This document shows positions 47,895 through 59,525 of a stretch of DNA of 64,000 bases, one piece after another. This DNA is from Vicugna vicugna (lineage: Eukaryota). The notes under the pieces were generated by a model. That model made no database searches, was not told where the DNA came from, and saw only the letters and a list, made by a program, of their open reading frames with translations. How positions within the stretch are numbered: position 1 is the stretch's first letter; the number at the start of each line of letters is the position of its first letter. Position numbers and translations under genes: made by a program. The DNA is taken from positions 4,547,648 to 4,611,647 of the forward strand of contig MU058718.1 of NCBI GenBank assembly GCA_013265495.1, written 5' to 3'.

Positions 47895-49039
47895 AAACCA
47901 CTTAGGCAGCTGGTGTTTTTGTTAAAGCAGTTGATCGTGAGACATTTATGCAAAGTTATACAATAGAGCAAATGGTATAGATTCTAAGATTAATGCAGGG
48001 ATATTAGAAAATGATTAGTCATTGTGGGGAGTATTTTACTGTGTACGCACTCCTTTAATCTACTAGTTATATATACGTAACTATATAAAATATTTTACTA
48101 ATATAAATATATAGACATACCTATATATGGCTGGGTATCTGTCTGTCTGTCTATCTATCTATCTCAGATTTACATGCAGCTTTTCCAGAAATCTATTGCA
48201 TCAAGTGAAGCCTGATCATGGACAGGAATTTTGTAACTCACTGTAACTGTGTTTAAAAGACTCAGTGAAAGTTTTTGATTTTCATGCTGAACTCTGCAGC
48301 AGTTTGTGATAGGTCAATTATGGCTTCTCCCCTAGAGTTCCAGCTGAGTGTGTGTCTGAGCCAGCAGACACGGGACTTCAGTAGGAAATAGGAGATACTT
48401 TTTGTTTTGCAGGGGTAAGAGTAGATATGACTCATCCTGTCTTTATAGCCCTCTGGTGAGATTTTCTTATGAAGGGTTCCTTTGACTCTTCAGGCTGGGA
48501 CCTATTCTGTGATCATTACAGCTTTTTAAGTCTTGATATGTACTTATCTCTTTAGCAGGTTTCTATATGTTTTAGAATTTTAACTCTTTGTGATACAGCG
48601 ATAAGTAAGCAGTGGGAAGCCACCGTAACTATTTCTTCCTTAAGAGTCAAATAGATAAATGTTCTTAGTCTATCCAGACAACTTAGGCCTGTGTTAGCAG
48701 GCATGGGTAATCTTAATGCCTAAATAACATTACATATTTATACTGTAAGTTTATTAAATATGTCTAGCAATTTCTCAAGCCTGTGAAAGCCAAGTAATGT
48801 TTAAAAAATAGGTTTAATAGTATTTGACATCAAAGAAAAATTCCTTAAAATTAGAATAAATACTGCGGATGAGCAGCAGCTCCTTACTAAAGAGTAAGAG
48901 CGCAGTGGTACAATCAACCGTATTTGTTCTTTCTGACATCCAGTGGTTGAGTTGATTAATCCCCACTCTGTGAGATTAGTGAGATGCATCAGTCTGCAGT
49001 ATTAACTCACGTTTTTCTACAAATGGTCCTATTATTCTG

Positions 49040-49960
49040 TCATTAGGTTAGGCTGGGGGAAGTTACAGTAACAAACAACCTTTCCTTTTTTTTAATATCA
49101 AAAAAAATTTTAACACCTATATTGTGGTATAGTTCCTGTGCAGTAAACTACACATATTTCAGATGTACAGTTTGATGAATTTTGATAGACATGTACACCA
49201 ATGAAACCACTACCACAATCAAGATAGCTAACATTTCCATCACTCCCCAAGAGGTGCAGATTTCAAATTCCCAATTTATCCCATCCCACCCTCTTTTCCC
49301 CTTGGTAACTATAAGTTTGTTCTCTATGTCTGTGAGTCTGTTTCTGTTTTGTAGACAAGTTCATTTGTGCCCTTTTTTTCTTATTTAGATTCCACATATA
49401 AGTGATATCATATGGCATTCTTCTTTCTCTCTCTGGCTTACTTCACTTAGAATGACGATCTCCAGGTCCATCCATGTTGCAGCAAATGGCATTATTTTAT
49501 TCTTTTTCATGGCTGAGTAGTATTCCATTGTATAAATATACCACATCTTCTTTATCCAGTAATTTCTTGAAGGACATTTGGGTAAACAGCCTTTACATTT
49601 TGATAGCTTAGTGTAAAGAAGTTTATTTTTTGTCCCTGTCACATGATCAATGAGAATTGACAGGAGGGCTCAGCTTATCATAGTCATAAAGAAACACTCA
49701 GGGAAAAGAAAACACTCAGGATGATAGGGATTCCAGTTCAGTCTGAGCTTCTGTGTTCCCTGGGAAGGGTGACTGGAGTTTGAAAGAGTCTTACCCTGGT
49801 AATTAAATGATTCTGCCTGGAAGAGACACGTATCATTTCTACTCATATTTCATTGGCCAACATGGGTCACATGCTCACACCCAGTTAAAGGGTTCAGAGC
49901 CACACAGTCCCACCAAAAATCTGGAAAGAGGAAAAAGACCAATGATGCAATCATGTTACA
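49040..49960 (-). mobile_element. Old MaLR LTR (MLT1J/K-like) interrupted by an L1 chimera
   Basis: gtcattaggttaggct...gttacagtaacaaacaacc resumes as gatagcttagtgtaaagaagtttattt...ctcatatttcattggccaacatgggtcacatg. Confidence 0.55.
49091..49583 (-). mobile_element. Composite L1: old L1MB/ME-type 3' end (~49091-49252) joined to a camelid-type L1 segment (~49254-49583)
   Basis: gtacagtttgatgaattttgatagac...accacaatcaagatag, then tcccaatttatcccatcc...; minus-strand [34 protein letters not shown]. Confidence 0.8.
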
Positions 49961-50359
49961 GTAGTACACTGAACTGGTAAGATATCATCTGTAATGCTTT
50001 TCTCTCCTCTCTGCATTTTCAATAAATGAAATAAGAGAATGACATTTCCAGTGATAAGTGATTGATTTTTATTTGAAAGGCCAAGTAGGTTATTTTAGAA
50101 CACCCTCTTTTATTATTTTTACATAGCTGCAGTGTGTGGTCCCTGAGCCCACAACCATTTAATTTATTTATGTCATGCCCAGAAAACTTACTTAAATATT
50201 GAATTCAATTGTTTTATAATTTCTAGAGTTTGAATTACTCTTTGTCTATTAGATTTCTTCTATAATTTTTGAAAGTTGTTTAATTAGTTGAGAATCTCTC
50301 ACAGAAAAAAAAAATACACTTGTATACAACAAAACCCTTAGAACCTTAAATCTAAAGGC

Positions 50360-50580
50360 TCCAGCTTACTGAATACGTCCTATGTGAGGGGCACATGAGT
50401 AGGCACTTTACCTAAGTTATCTCATTTAATCTGCCCAGCAATTCTATACTATTGGTATTATGGTCTCTATTTTATAGGTGTAGAAACAGACTCACAATAG
50501 TTAATCAGTTAACCTAGGGAAACTTCCTTTATGGAGCTGGGATTTGATCCAAGGCAGTTTGACTCCACATCCCAGCCTCT
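50360..50580 (-). mobile_element. MIR
   Basis: ttatctcatttaatc...tattttataggtgtagaaacagactca...gagctgggatttgatccaaggcagtttgactcc. Confidence 0.75.
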
Positions 50581-50741
50581 GTCCTGTGTAATTTGCAGCT
50601 TCCTTGTACCCAAATCAATTCTGTAGCATAACAACTGTTATTGTCTATCTTGGCCTATCGATTTGATGATGTTGTTAATGATATGTGCACAGAAAGACTT
50701 TCTAGAACATCAAACCTCTGATTAGAGCCCTTGAGCCACAT

Positions 50742-50940
50742 GAGGAAGCAGCATGATTTGATAGGTAAAGGGCAGAGACTTTGAAACTGCCTGACAGTTA
50801 CTTGACTTTTTCCAGCCTCAGTTTCCTCCTCTGTAAAATGGGGCTAATGATATACCTTACCTACCTGATCATTTATGAGGATTAAATGAGTTATTTGTAA
50901 AAGAATGTAGCCTGGCAGAATAGGTGTTGTATAATTGTTT
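50742..50940 (+). mobile_element. MIR
   Basis: agcctcagtttcctcctctgtaaaatggggctaatgata...tgaggattaaatgag. Confidence 0.8.
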
Positions 50941-51554
50941 TACACAAATAAAATCAGTGATTCTTTGTCATGAGGGCACAGAGTTGTGCTCTGGTCCTTT
51001 TGGTTAATGATGAGGTTCAATATAGCTACAAAGGCATGTGCATATGTTTGCCCTGGACTGGAGAAATGGTTTTCAGAGGAATCCTATGAAATCTTTTGGA
51101 GGATGGAGAGAAGAGTTGTCACGTGGTCAAAGCATTTCTGTTGAAGAGATTGGGTTTTGGTTGAGGAGCTTCTTCACTTTTCCTTGTTGAGGGCAAAGTA
51201 TGTAGAATTTCAGGGACTGCTTGGATGTCCTACAATGCAGGTGCCGCTGGAGCAGTGGGTGCTGCTATACCAGGATTCTTCCCCAAGCCCTCGGCCACTG
51301 TCGTTTGACTGTTCTGCCCTTGAGGCTGACCAGTGTGGAGATAAGCATATAGGGAGGGTGTGAACTTTTTCTTACGCCAACCTGAAATTCGAAAAACAAT
51401 GAATTCTGGGATAATTTAGATCTCAGGGCATGAGACTAGACATTTTGGACACTGGGTTAAGCTGCTAAGAGCTTTGTATCCCCTGGGAAGGGATTTATAA
51501 AGTGCATACTTTGAACTAGACGTTGTGTTGAATTTGTCTACAGTATCTTTAAAA

Positions 51555-51690
51555 AAATCAGCACAGCAATCCTGTGAAATACATTTCCCTCATTTTAAAA
51601 ATAAGGAAACTGAGACTTAGAATGCTTGAAATACATGCTCGAAGCCACCTCGGTAGAACAGAGAAGAGGATATGGTTTGAGCTGATATTC
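51555..51690 (-). mobile_element. MIR fragment
   Basis: cacagcaatcctgtgaa...ctcattttaaaaataaggaaactgagacttag. Confidence 0.6.
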
Positions 51691-51903
51691 ATTCTTTTCA
51701 CAGGGGAGAGAGGGACTGAAGGCAGAGGAATCTGCTCAACCATTTCTGTAAGTGGATTGTTTTTAAATCAAGGGTTTGAAAGTTGGAAACTGGCTTGGAC
51801 CTAGGAGTGTGAGTTTGGGTAAAGTGGAGGTAGTGGGGTAGTTGGTACCTTTTTTTTTTTTAAACCAAAGGATTAGGAAATAAATCTGTCACTTAAATTT
51901 TTT

Positions 51904-52059
51904 CCCCTTATATTTGCTTTTTTTTGAAATGGGTGGTAATTAGGTTTATCTATTTATCTATTTATTACTTAGTTTTAATGGAGGTACTGGGGATTGAACC
52001 CAGGACCTTGTGCATGCTAAGCATGTGCTCTACCACTGAGCTATAAATACCTCCCTGCC
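51904..52059 (-). mobile_element. Vic-1-type SINE (long-tail form)
   Basis: Antisense head; 15-bp TSD tcacttaaatttttt at 51889-51903 and 52060-52074. Confidence 0.92.
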
Positions 52060-53084
52060 TCACTTAAATTTTTTGAAACTCTGAACAACCAAGAATTCCC
52101 AAAGAGGTCAGGGTAGAAAACCAGGAGTATCTCTTTTAGGCAGAGGGAAGCTATCCAGTTTTTGACAAGAATGGAATAAAACTATAATCTTTAATTATAT
52201 TTTGTGGAAGAACGTGTCTGGGCTCCATCTATTCTGTAGGTGGCTGGCTGGCCACTTCTCTCCTTTCCTTAGACACACTATGTTCCAGAACAGATGCTGT
52301 TGAGTTACTTGAGTGAAACAGAAGAACTGAACCTGAGTTAGGCAAACGGAAGGTGCTTCACTACTTGAAAGACAGTTAGGGAGTGAGTTTCTTGAGTGTG
52401 GAGACTCCGTGGGTCTCAGCCCCACCACAGTACCTTGTATGCCATGGCTTCTTAGTGAATATTTGAAACTCAAATGGGCTGTAAGAGCAGTTCTTGACAG
52501 TTTCTCCAGATAAAACAGAATGTAACCTCTGTTTAAATGTGCAGATTCTTTCTCATTTTTGAAATTATGGACAGGATGGCTATTAGGCAAAACTCACAGC
52601 CAAGGATATGCAGCTGTGTGGTTTGAAAAGAGCTTTATTATTTGTCAGGAATATTCTGATTTATGTTTTTACCTTTTTTATAGTGAAACTGAGATAACTT
52701 CCTATATTTGACCCATATTTGGTATATTTGGAGGTTTTTTTTTTGTACTTTTGTTCATATCATGACCACCTGGACTTGTGCTGTTTTACTATAGTGATTT
52801 AAACTAAAACATGATAGCCACTGTGAAATTACATTATAAAAATCAACATCACCACCAAAACAGCAGCAACGTTTCATTCTTAATGGCGCTACTATGGGTG
52901 GACAGAAACATATTTGCTAAAATTTTTTTTCATGTTGGGAATAACATTTTAGGACAATCTGAAATTTTAAGTTAATCACTAGATTAAAAACTCCCTTTTA
53001 TGTGTATTAAAATTGTAATTTCTGAATTTAAACCTTATACTTTTTGGATTGTTATACCTTTTCCCCTATTCACTTAAAAATTTT

Positions 53085-53597
53085 AAAAAATTGTGGTAAA
53101 ATATACATAACAAAAAATGTACCATCTTAACCATATTTAAGTGTACAGTTTAGTTGTGTTAAGTATATTCATGTTGTTGTGCAACCAGTCTACAAAACTC
53201 TTTTCATCTTGTAAAACTGAAACTTTTGTACCCATTAAAGAACAATTCCCCACTCCATGGTACTCCGAGCCCCTGGCAACCACCATTCTACTTTTATCTT
53301 TATAAATTTGACTACTCCAGGCACATCATGTAAGTGAAATCATACAGTTTTTGTCTTTTGTGACTGGCTTATTTTCATGTAGCATGTTTTTAAGGTTCAT
53401 ACATATTGTAGCATGTGTCAGAATTTTCTTCCTTTCTATGTCTGAATACTATTCTATTATATGGATGTACCACATTTTGTTTACCCATTCATCCATCGAT
53501 GGGCACTTCGGTTGCATCTACCTTTTGTCTGTTGCAAACAAGGCTGCTATGAATGTGGGTATACAAATATCTCTTTAAAAAGAAATCCTGCTTTTCA
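53085..53597 (-). mobile_element. L1MB-like 3' end
   Basis: attgtggtaaaatatacataacaaaaaatgtaccatcttaacc...gccccctggcaaccaccattctact-like motifs. Confidence 0.85.
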
Positions 53598-53860
53598 GAG
53601 GAAACCATAAACAAAATGAAAAGACAATTTATAGAACGGGAAAAATATTTGCAAACAATGGGACTGACAAGGGATTTATTTCCAAAATATAAAAGCAGCT
53701 CATACAGCTCAATATTAAAAAAAAAACAAACTCAGTCAAAAAATGAGCAGAAGACCTGAATAGAAATTTCTCCAACGAACACATACAGATGGCCAACAGG
53801 CACACGAAAAGATGCTCAATATCAATAATTATTAGAGAAATGCAAATCAAAACTACAAAA
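53598..53860 (+). mobile_element. L1 ORF2 internal fragment
   Basis: Translates (with frameshifts) as ETINKMKRQ...[36 protein letters not shown], typical L1 ORF2. Confidence 0.88.
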
Positions 53861-54069
53861 ATTCATGCAATTAAAAAAGTTAAATCATACTGTTTATGTA
53901 TTGTTCTAATATTGAAATATTAAATATTACATAAGTAAAATAATATTATTTCCCCTCCAGTCTTCAAATACCTTTGATACTTACTCTCGGTCATGTGACT
54001 GCGAGCCCTTTGTGGCTCTCTCCTGTGAACGGGGGTTATGTATGGACTAATCTGAGAAGTAAAGAATTA

Positions 54070-54210
54070 AAAAGAACATTGAACCAGACATTGGAGAATG
54101 TGGCCGTGATCCTGGTTCTCCGCTCACAGGCCACGTACCTGAAGGTTTACTGCCTACTTGCTCTGAACCTCTGTTTTCTCATCTGTAAAGCTGGGAGGTT
54201 GGAATAGAAA
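54070..54210 (+). mobile_element. MIR3-like
   Basis: ctctgaacctctgttttctcatctgtaaagctgggaggttggaatag. Confidence 0.65.
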
Positions 54211-54452
54211 TTCTCTTTTTTTCCTCATTAGCATTTCTCTTTCCTAAATTACCTAGATTTTGCCTCAGCATTCTGCTTCATTTCACACAAAATCATAGCC
54301 ACCCTGTAATCTCTGTGGACCTCCTGTTATTTGCAATATTTGTGCTTAAATGATATTAGTGCTCCCTGTGGGGTTGTTGGAAACCATCAAGAATAGAAGT
54401 TATTGCAAAGCTCTTTATGTTAAGTACAGAATAACATAACGTTATGTTAATT

Positions 54453-55279
54453 TTTTTTTTAAATTGAAGTATAGTCAGTTACAGTGTGTCAATTTCTGGT
54501 GTACAGCATAATGTTTCAGTCATACTGTTGTCAGTAGATGTGGTCAGTGTCCAGGTTCTTGTCCCATTCCAGAAAGAATTCAGAGACAAGATGCAGATGT
54601 TAAGAAAGTAAAGTGGGGATTTATTAAGGGGTAGATAGTACACTCTCAAGGGGATAGCGGGAGGCTCAGGTGAGTGGCTGCCCTGAGTTTTTTTGGCAAG
54701 TGTAAACATGAATGGGTGGAATATTCATTGAGAGGGAAGCTTTTGGGGTCGTATTGCCTGATTTTCACCCCAGCTCCACCTTCCCGAGGGGAGGAGGGAT
54801 TTTTGTCCTTATTTAGTCTGGATCAGAAGTGTCATGGTGTCGGAGCACGGTGGGTACTTCTACCTGCAGGCTAATTTTAATGTAATGACGGCATAATGAG
54901 CAAAAGGTTACATTCGGACACTGAAGATTCCTGCCTTTCCCCACCTTTCTCCAGGCTGCTCATCACCCCAAAAGGTGTGACAGTTTATCAGCTCAGATGT
55001 TCCTGCTTTTTTTTCCTCTGCCCAGGTACCCCTGGTGCTTACATGATGAGTGGTTTCCTTTATTTGGCCTGTGCCCCTCTTTTCTGCCCATTTCCTGCCA
55101 TTTGGCCTGTGTTCCCCTTTTTCAGCTCATATCTAGCTCTCTGCCTGCTCTGACAATACATATACATACATATATTCATTTCCATATTCTTTTTCATTAT
55201 AGGTTACTACAAGATATCGAATATAGTTCCCTGTGCTATACAGAAGAAACCTTTTTTAAAATCTATTTTATATATAATA
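54453..55279 (-). mobile_element. Camelid-type L1 3' end carrying a nested LTR
   Basis: 12-bp TSD gttatgttaatt at 54441-54452 and 55280-55291. Confidence 0.9.
54526..55155 (-). mobile_element. ERV1-class solo LTR (630 bp)
   Basis: TG...CA termini, 4-bp TSD atac (54522-54525, 55156-55159), minus-strand AATAAA at 54620-54625. Confidence 0.9.
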
Positions 55280-56029
55280 GTTATGTTAATTAATTTTATG
55301 CTTATGTGGTTCCAATTCCAATCTAGTCTTTTCATTTGAATATACATTTGTATTTATGTATGAAGTGTGTATGAAGTATGTGTAATTAGGTTTGTCAAAT
55401 TATATTCTTGGCTTAAAGTCTCTTCCAGTCATGATATTTTAAAAATATCAAAATGTTTAATTAAAAAGTAGAATTGTTTTGACTGTTACCATTAGAGGAG
55501 AGATGTTAAAACCCACAGTGGCTTGAAGGTACTTTGAAGACGCGTACATGCAGGTCTGGAACGCTGCTCTGTGTCTTTGATGTGACAGAAATTGATTAGA
55601 TGTTTCCAAACGATTGTGTTGGGATTTAGGGATTTCTTTTTATCCTTGGCATAGAGTTCAGCTATTTTTCAGAGGGACAGAGTCCTGAAGTAGAGTAGGT
55701 ACCCTTTTATAAGGTCTTACTCTACCTTACATGGGATAATCTACAATTTACTCACAAGAGTTGGATGCCAGGTCCAAGGGGAAGGAACTTGGGGGATATT
55801 GCAGTTTCAAAATTGGGTCCAAGGGCAAAGAACTGGGACCTGGGGAGGAAGATTTTAGCAAAAGTTTCTGGCCAAGGAGACTTCTTAAAATCTATGGAGA
55901 TATTTGAGCCTTTGTTCTCATGGTACATGTACTATCATTTGATCGGTTATATGAGCAGAAGATGTTCTTTTTGAGAATGTGGCTGTTCTCTGAGTGTTTA
56001 TCAGGGTTCAGTTCTGCTCAGACAGGCCC

Positions 56030-56440
56030 AAAACCTTCTACACCTCCAGTCCCATCTCCTGCCATTCCCCCTAGGGATCCCCAGTCTCTAGCCAAGCTGA
56101 ACAATTTGCTATTCCCTAAATAAAACCAGTATGTACTCACGTGTTCCTTTCTTCTTTGCCCAGCTGTTCAAATCCCACTTCCCCTTCAATGGAAGTTTTA
56201 GCACCATCCTCTGCAGGAATTCTCTGCTGGTGGCATCTCTGCCCCAAAGGGAGTGAGATGGCCACCTACCATGTGCTAACACTCTCCTTGCTCATTTCTC
56301 GTCTCACGTGGGTTGTGATTTGGGTTTACTGTCTGTTCCACTGCTAGACTGGGCACTCTAGGAGAGAGGACGGACTGAACCGTATTCAAGGTTATATCCC
56401 CACCTGGCCCAGTCTCAATAAATGTTTGCTCAAATGACTA
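56030..56440 (+). mobile_element. L2 3' fragment
   Basis: gtctgttccactgctagactgggcactctaggagagaggac...tctcaataaatgtttgctcaaatga. Confidence 0.65.
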
Positions 56441-56506
56441 GTGCATGTCATGCCTACCTGGGTCTGTGTTTTCTCTAGACCATTTTGTCTTCCCCACATC
56501 AGTCAG

Positions 56507-56775
56507 ATAGGCTGCGTGGGCTAGTGTTTTGAGGGCATGCGCTATGAAGCCAGTCTGCTGGTTGGATTCATGCATCTGCTACTTGCTAGCTGGGTGACTG
56601 CTGTCAGCCCTAGTCTCCTCAGCAGTAAAGTGGGAAACTCATCGGTAAAATGCGGAGCCTCAGGTTCCTCATCAGTAGAATGGAGTGTGTGTTTAATGAG
56701 CACAGGTATGGAAAGCGTTTAGCACAGTGTCCCATGTGTAATAAGTGACTATAAGTGATTATTACTATTATATTA
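56507..56775 (+). mobile_element. MIR with internally reiterated core
   Basis: ctgctacttgctagctgggtgact; three copies of a ctca(g/t)c(a/g)gta(a/g)a(a/g)tg motif; aaagcgtttagcacagtgtc. Confidence 0.7.
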
Positions 56776-58299
56776 GTTTTATTGTTACTTTTTTTAATAC
56801 TCAAGAGCTCCATTATGTGCTTCTTGAAGCCTAAAGAATTAAGTAACACCCCACTTCATCACACCCTGTGGTGTGAAATATCTTCTCATTTATTTAGAAG
56901 AGGCTATTAGTCTTGATGTTCAATGGAGCTCTTACAGGAGAGGTAAGGAAACAGGCATGAAATAACCTTTTGTGAAAAGAGCTATGGAACTGTCCCATAT
57001 GGCATTCTTACCATTGGTGGAATTAAAAACTCTGTAATAGAAAGCTTCTCTTCTCAAGGGGCTACAGCTCTCCGAGAGTAGAGCCTTCTGCTCTCCTGTG
57101 ACTGATTAGTGTGGGGATGGATGTAAACTTGCCATCCAGCAGAGAGCCTGATTGAGTGGTACCCTAATGGAGCCACTGGCAAAGGATAAACCAAGATAGA
57201 AACAAAGCTACATTCCAAATAATGCTCACTGCCTTTCTTGATACTTTCCATTATAATTCATTCCCATTAGAGGCACTTTGGACCGTTTTAAAGCTATTAC
57301 ATTGTAATTTCAGAGAGCTGACTGTAAATTTAGAACATGCACACACAGTTTCTTAACAATTCAAAGAAAACAGAAAGAATTGTAAGATTTGCCATCCAGA
57401 ATCCAAATTCCAAAACCAGTGAGATGTTGAAATACTGCTCTGCATTTCATTTGAATGCAACAGACAACACCTTTCAGAAAATAATCCAAACTTTAAATTA
57501 TCATTCCTGTGCTGATTGTGTAAATGCATATATCAGAGAGGGCAGAGCATTGAAGATCCGAAGGAGGAAAGACCTTTCAAGAATCAAATGATCCTGAATT
57601 TGGTTTGAATCTTCAGCTAAATTGTATTTAAAAAGTATGAGCTTTTGCCTTCCTGTTCAGGTGGCAGTTAAGTTATATGACAAAGTGTTAGATCAGTACA
57701 AAGAACAGCACGTCTACTACAAAAAGCAAGTGCCTAATCTGTGACTCAGTGGCACTAATCCTATATTTGGCCTAGCCAAGGCAAAAAAAAAAAAAGCCTA
57801 AGTTAGTTAAGTGAAATCTTGCCAAGAGTTTTAAGACACAAATTTTACTAGATAATAGAGTTTATAGAGCTATGCCACATGGGCCACTTTGCAGACAATC
57901 TGTAGTTCAGGTGTACTGCGGGGTTTATTAATTTTTCTTTTAATAAATGTTCCTCACAGTCGGAGTGTTGATAGCTTTAATTGAAATAGCTTCAGCTTCT
58001 AGGACCTTCTTCCTAAGTCGGGAAGTACCACAGGCAGCTTTAGAATAGAGGGAGGAAGGAATAAAGGAAGAAATTGGAGCCACATTCTTTATTCTGCTGC
58101 CACATGGTGTCCCCCCCCTGCCCTCAGCTAGAGGAAAGGGCTTCCTTCTCCCCAGGCCAGCATGGGGGTTGGGGTGGAGATGAGCAGTTTAGGCCCATTT
58201 CTGAGCAGACAGCCATTTTTCCCTGACATGTGCTGTGGTCCTGGATGTAGTGCTGAATCTTTTCATAGCAAAACAAAAAACAACCTGATGCATAAGTGA

Positions 58300-58435
58300 A
58301 CAGTTCTGGAAGGAATTTTCATGATTATGTAGTCTCAATAGCTCATTTTGCAAATGACAAAACTGAGGCTCAGAGGAGGGACCTTTCCAAGTCACATGAT
58401 AGGTTAGGATAGAGCAAGAACCTGTGTCTTCCCCA
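58300..58435 (-). mobile_element. MIR3-like
   Basis: ctcattttgcaaatgacaaaactgaggctcagagg...ccaagtcacat. Confidence 0.7.
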
Positions 58436-59399
58436 CCCTCATCCTCCTGGCATTTTGGAGGCGCATGTTCTGTTGTATTTATCTACTTGGGTGCATCCTT
58501 TGATGGAGGGCAGCTACTTTGCTTGGCACACAGTGGGCTTTCTACCCTCGACATGACTGACACTCTTCAACTCTGCATGGAAACACTCTGAGTTTACTCA
58601 TCAATCCTTGTGCACCTGGATGGCATTATAGTACCATCTTTGAACACGATGAGACTTTTGGATTATCATGTAAAAACAACTCACTTTGAGGAGTGGCCTT
58701 GTGCATGTGCGCCATCGAGGGGGGTGAGGTCTTCAACTTCTTTCCTGCGCTCCTCCAGTGAATGCCCTTTTGGGGTGGGTGCAAGCTGCCGCTTCCCGAG
58801 TAGCAGACTCTCTCCCGAAATGTGTGTTTCCCCAGCAGGTTAGGCTGTGTGGTGCACGTGGTTGAATGTTTCAGTTATCTATTTCCGAAAAATGCCCAAG
58901 GCACATCTACCCACTGAGAGCCCCACAGGGACTGACCTTGAGATTCTGCCCCAGACCTCAGCACCTCCTCGTGTCCATCACGGCTCAAGGATTCCCCAGC
59001 AGAGGTAGGATTAGACAGTGAAGATTTATTGCTTCAGTATCAGCCTTTAACCTCTCTTGTGAACCTCTCCAGTATGGTGGGTGAGTGAGCCTCGTGTTTA
59101 TGAAACGCTTTTTAGTTTTCTGTTTCTATATTCAGCCTACTTGTCATTCAGATTGGGTTCAAATAGTGGTCATGCCACTAGGTCTTTCTAACAATCACAC
59201 ATCACTGTTCTGCTTCCATTCAACGTTCTGTGCTCATCCTCAAAGACTTCCACTAAAAGCATCCCATTTTGTCTTCCCCTCCTCCTGCTGAGGGTCCCTC
59301 ATGCTGAAGTTTTTTTCATTGATCTCTATTATCTAATCGCCTTTCTCACATAAATCATGTTTTACATAAACTCTACTTTAGCATAGTATATATCAGAGG

Positions 59400-59525
59400 A
59401 TGCGTGAGATAAACCCTATTTTCTCCATTTTACAGATGAGGAAATGAAGTTTAAGAGACTAAATCACTGCTAGTAGCAGATGTGGGATTTAGACCCTAAC
59501 CCTAGGCTTTCAACCGGTACAATCT
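59400..59525 (-). mobile_element. MIR fragment
   Basis: ccattttacagatgaggaaatgaagtttaagagactaaatcact. Confidence 0.65.

Noticed and set aside
48862..48944. C/D box snoRNA (ggatga...ctga with ggatg/catcc complementarity)
   Set aside because: Box C is not RTGATGA, the stem overlaps the box, and no rRNA/snRNA guide was recognised; an Infernal/Rfam search would settle it.
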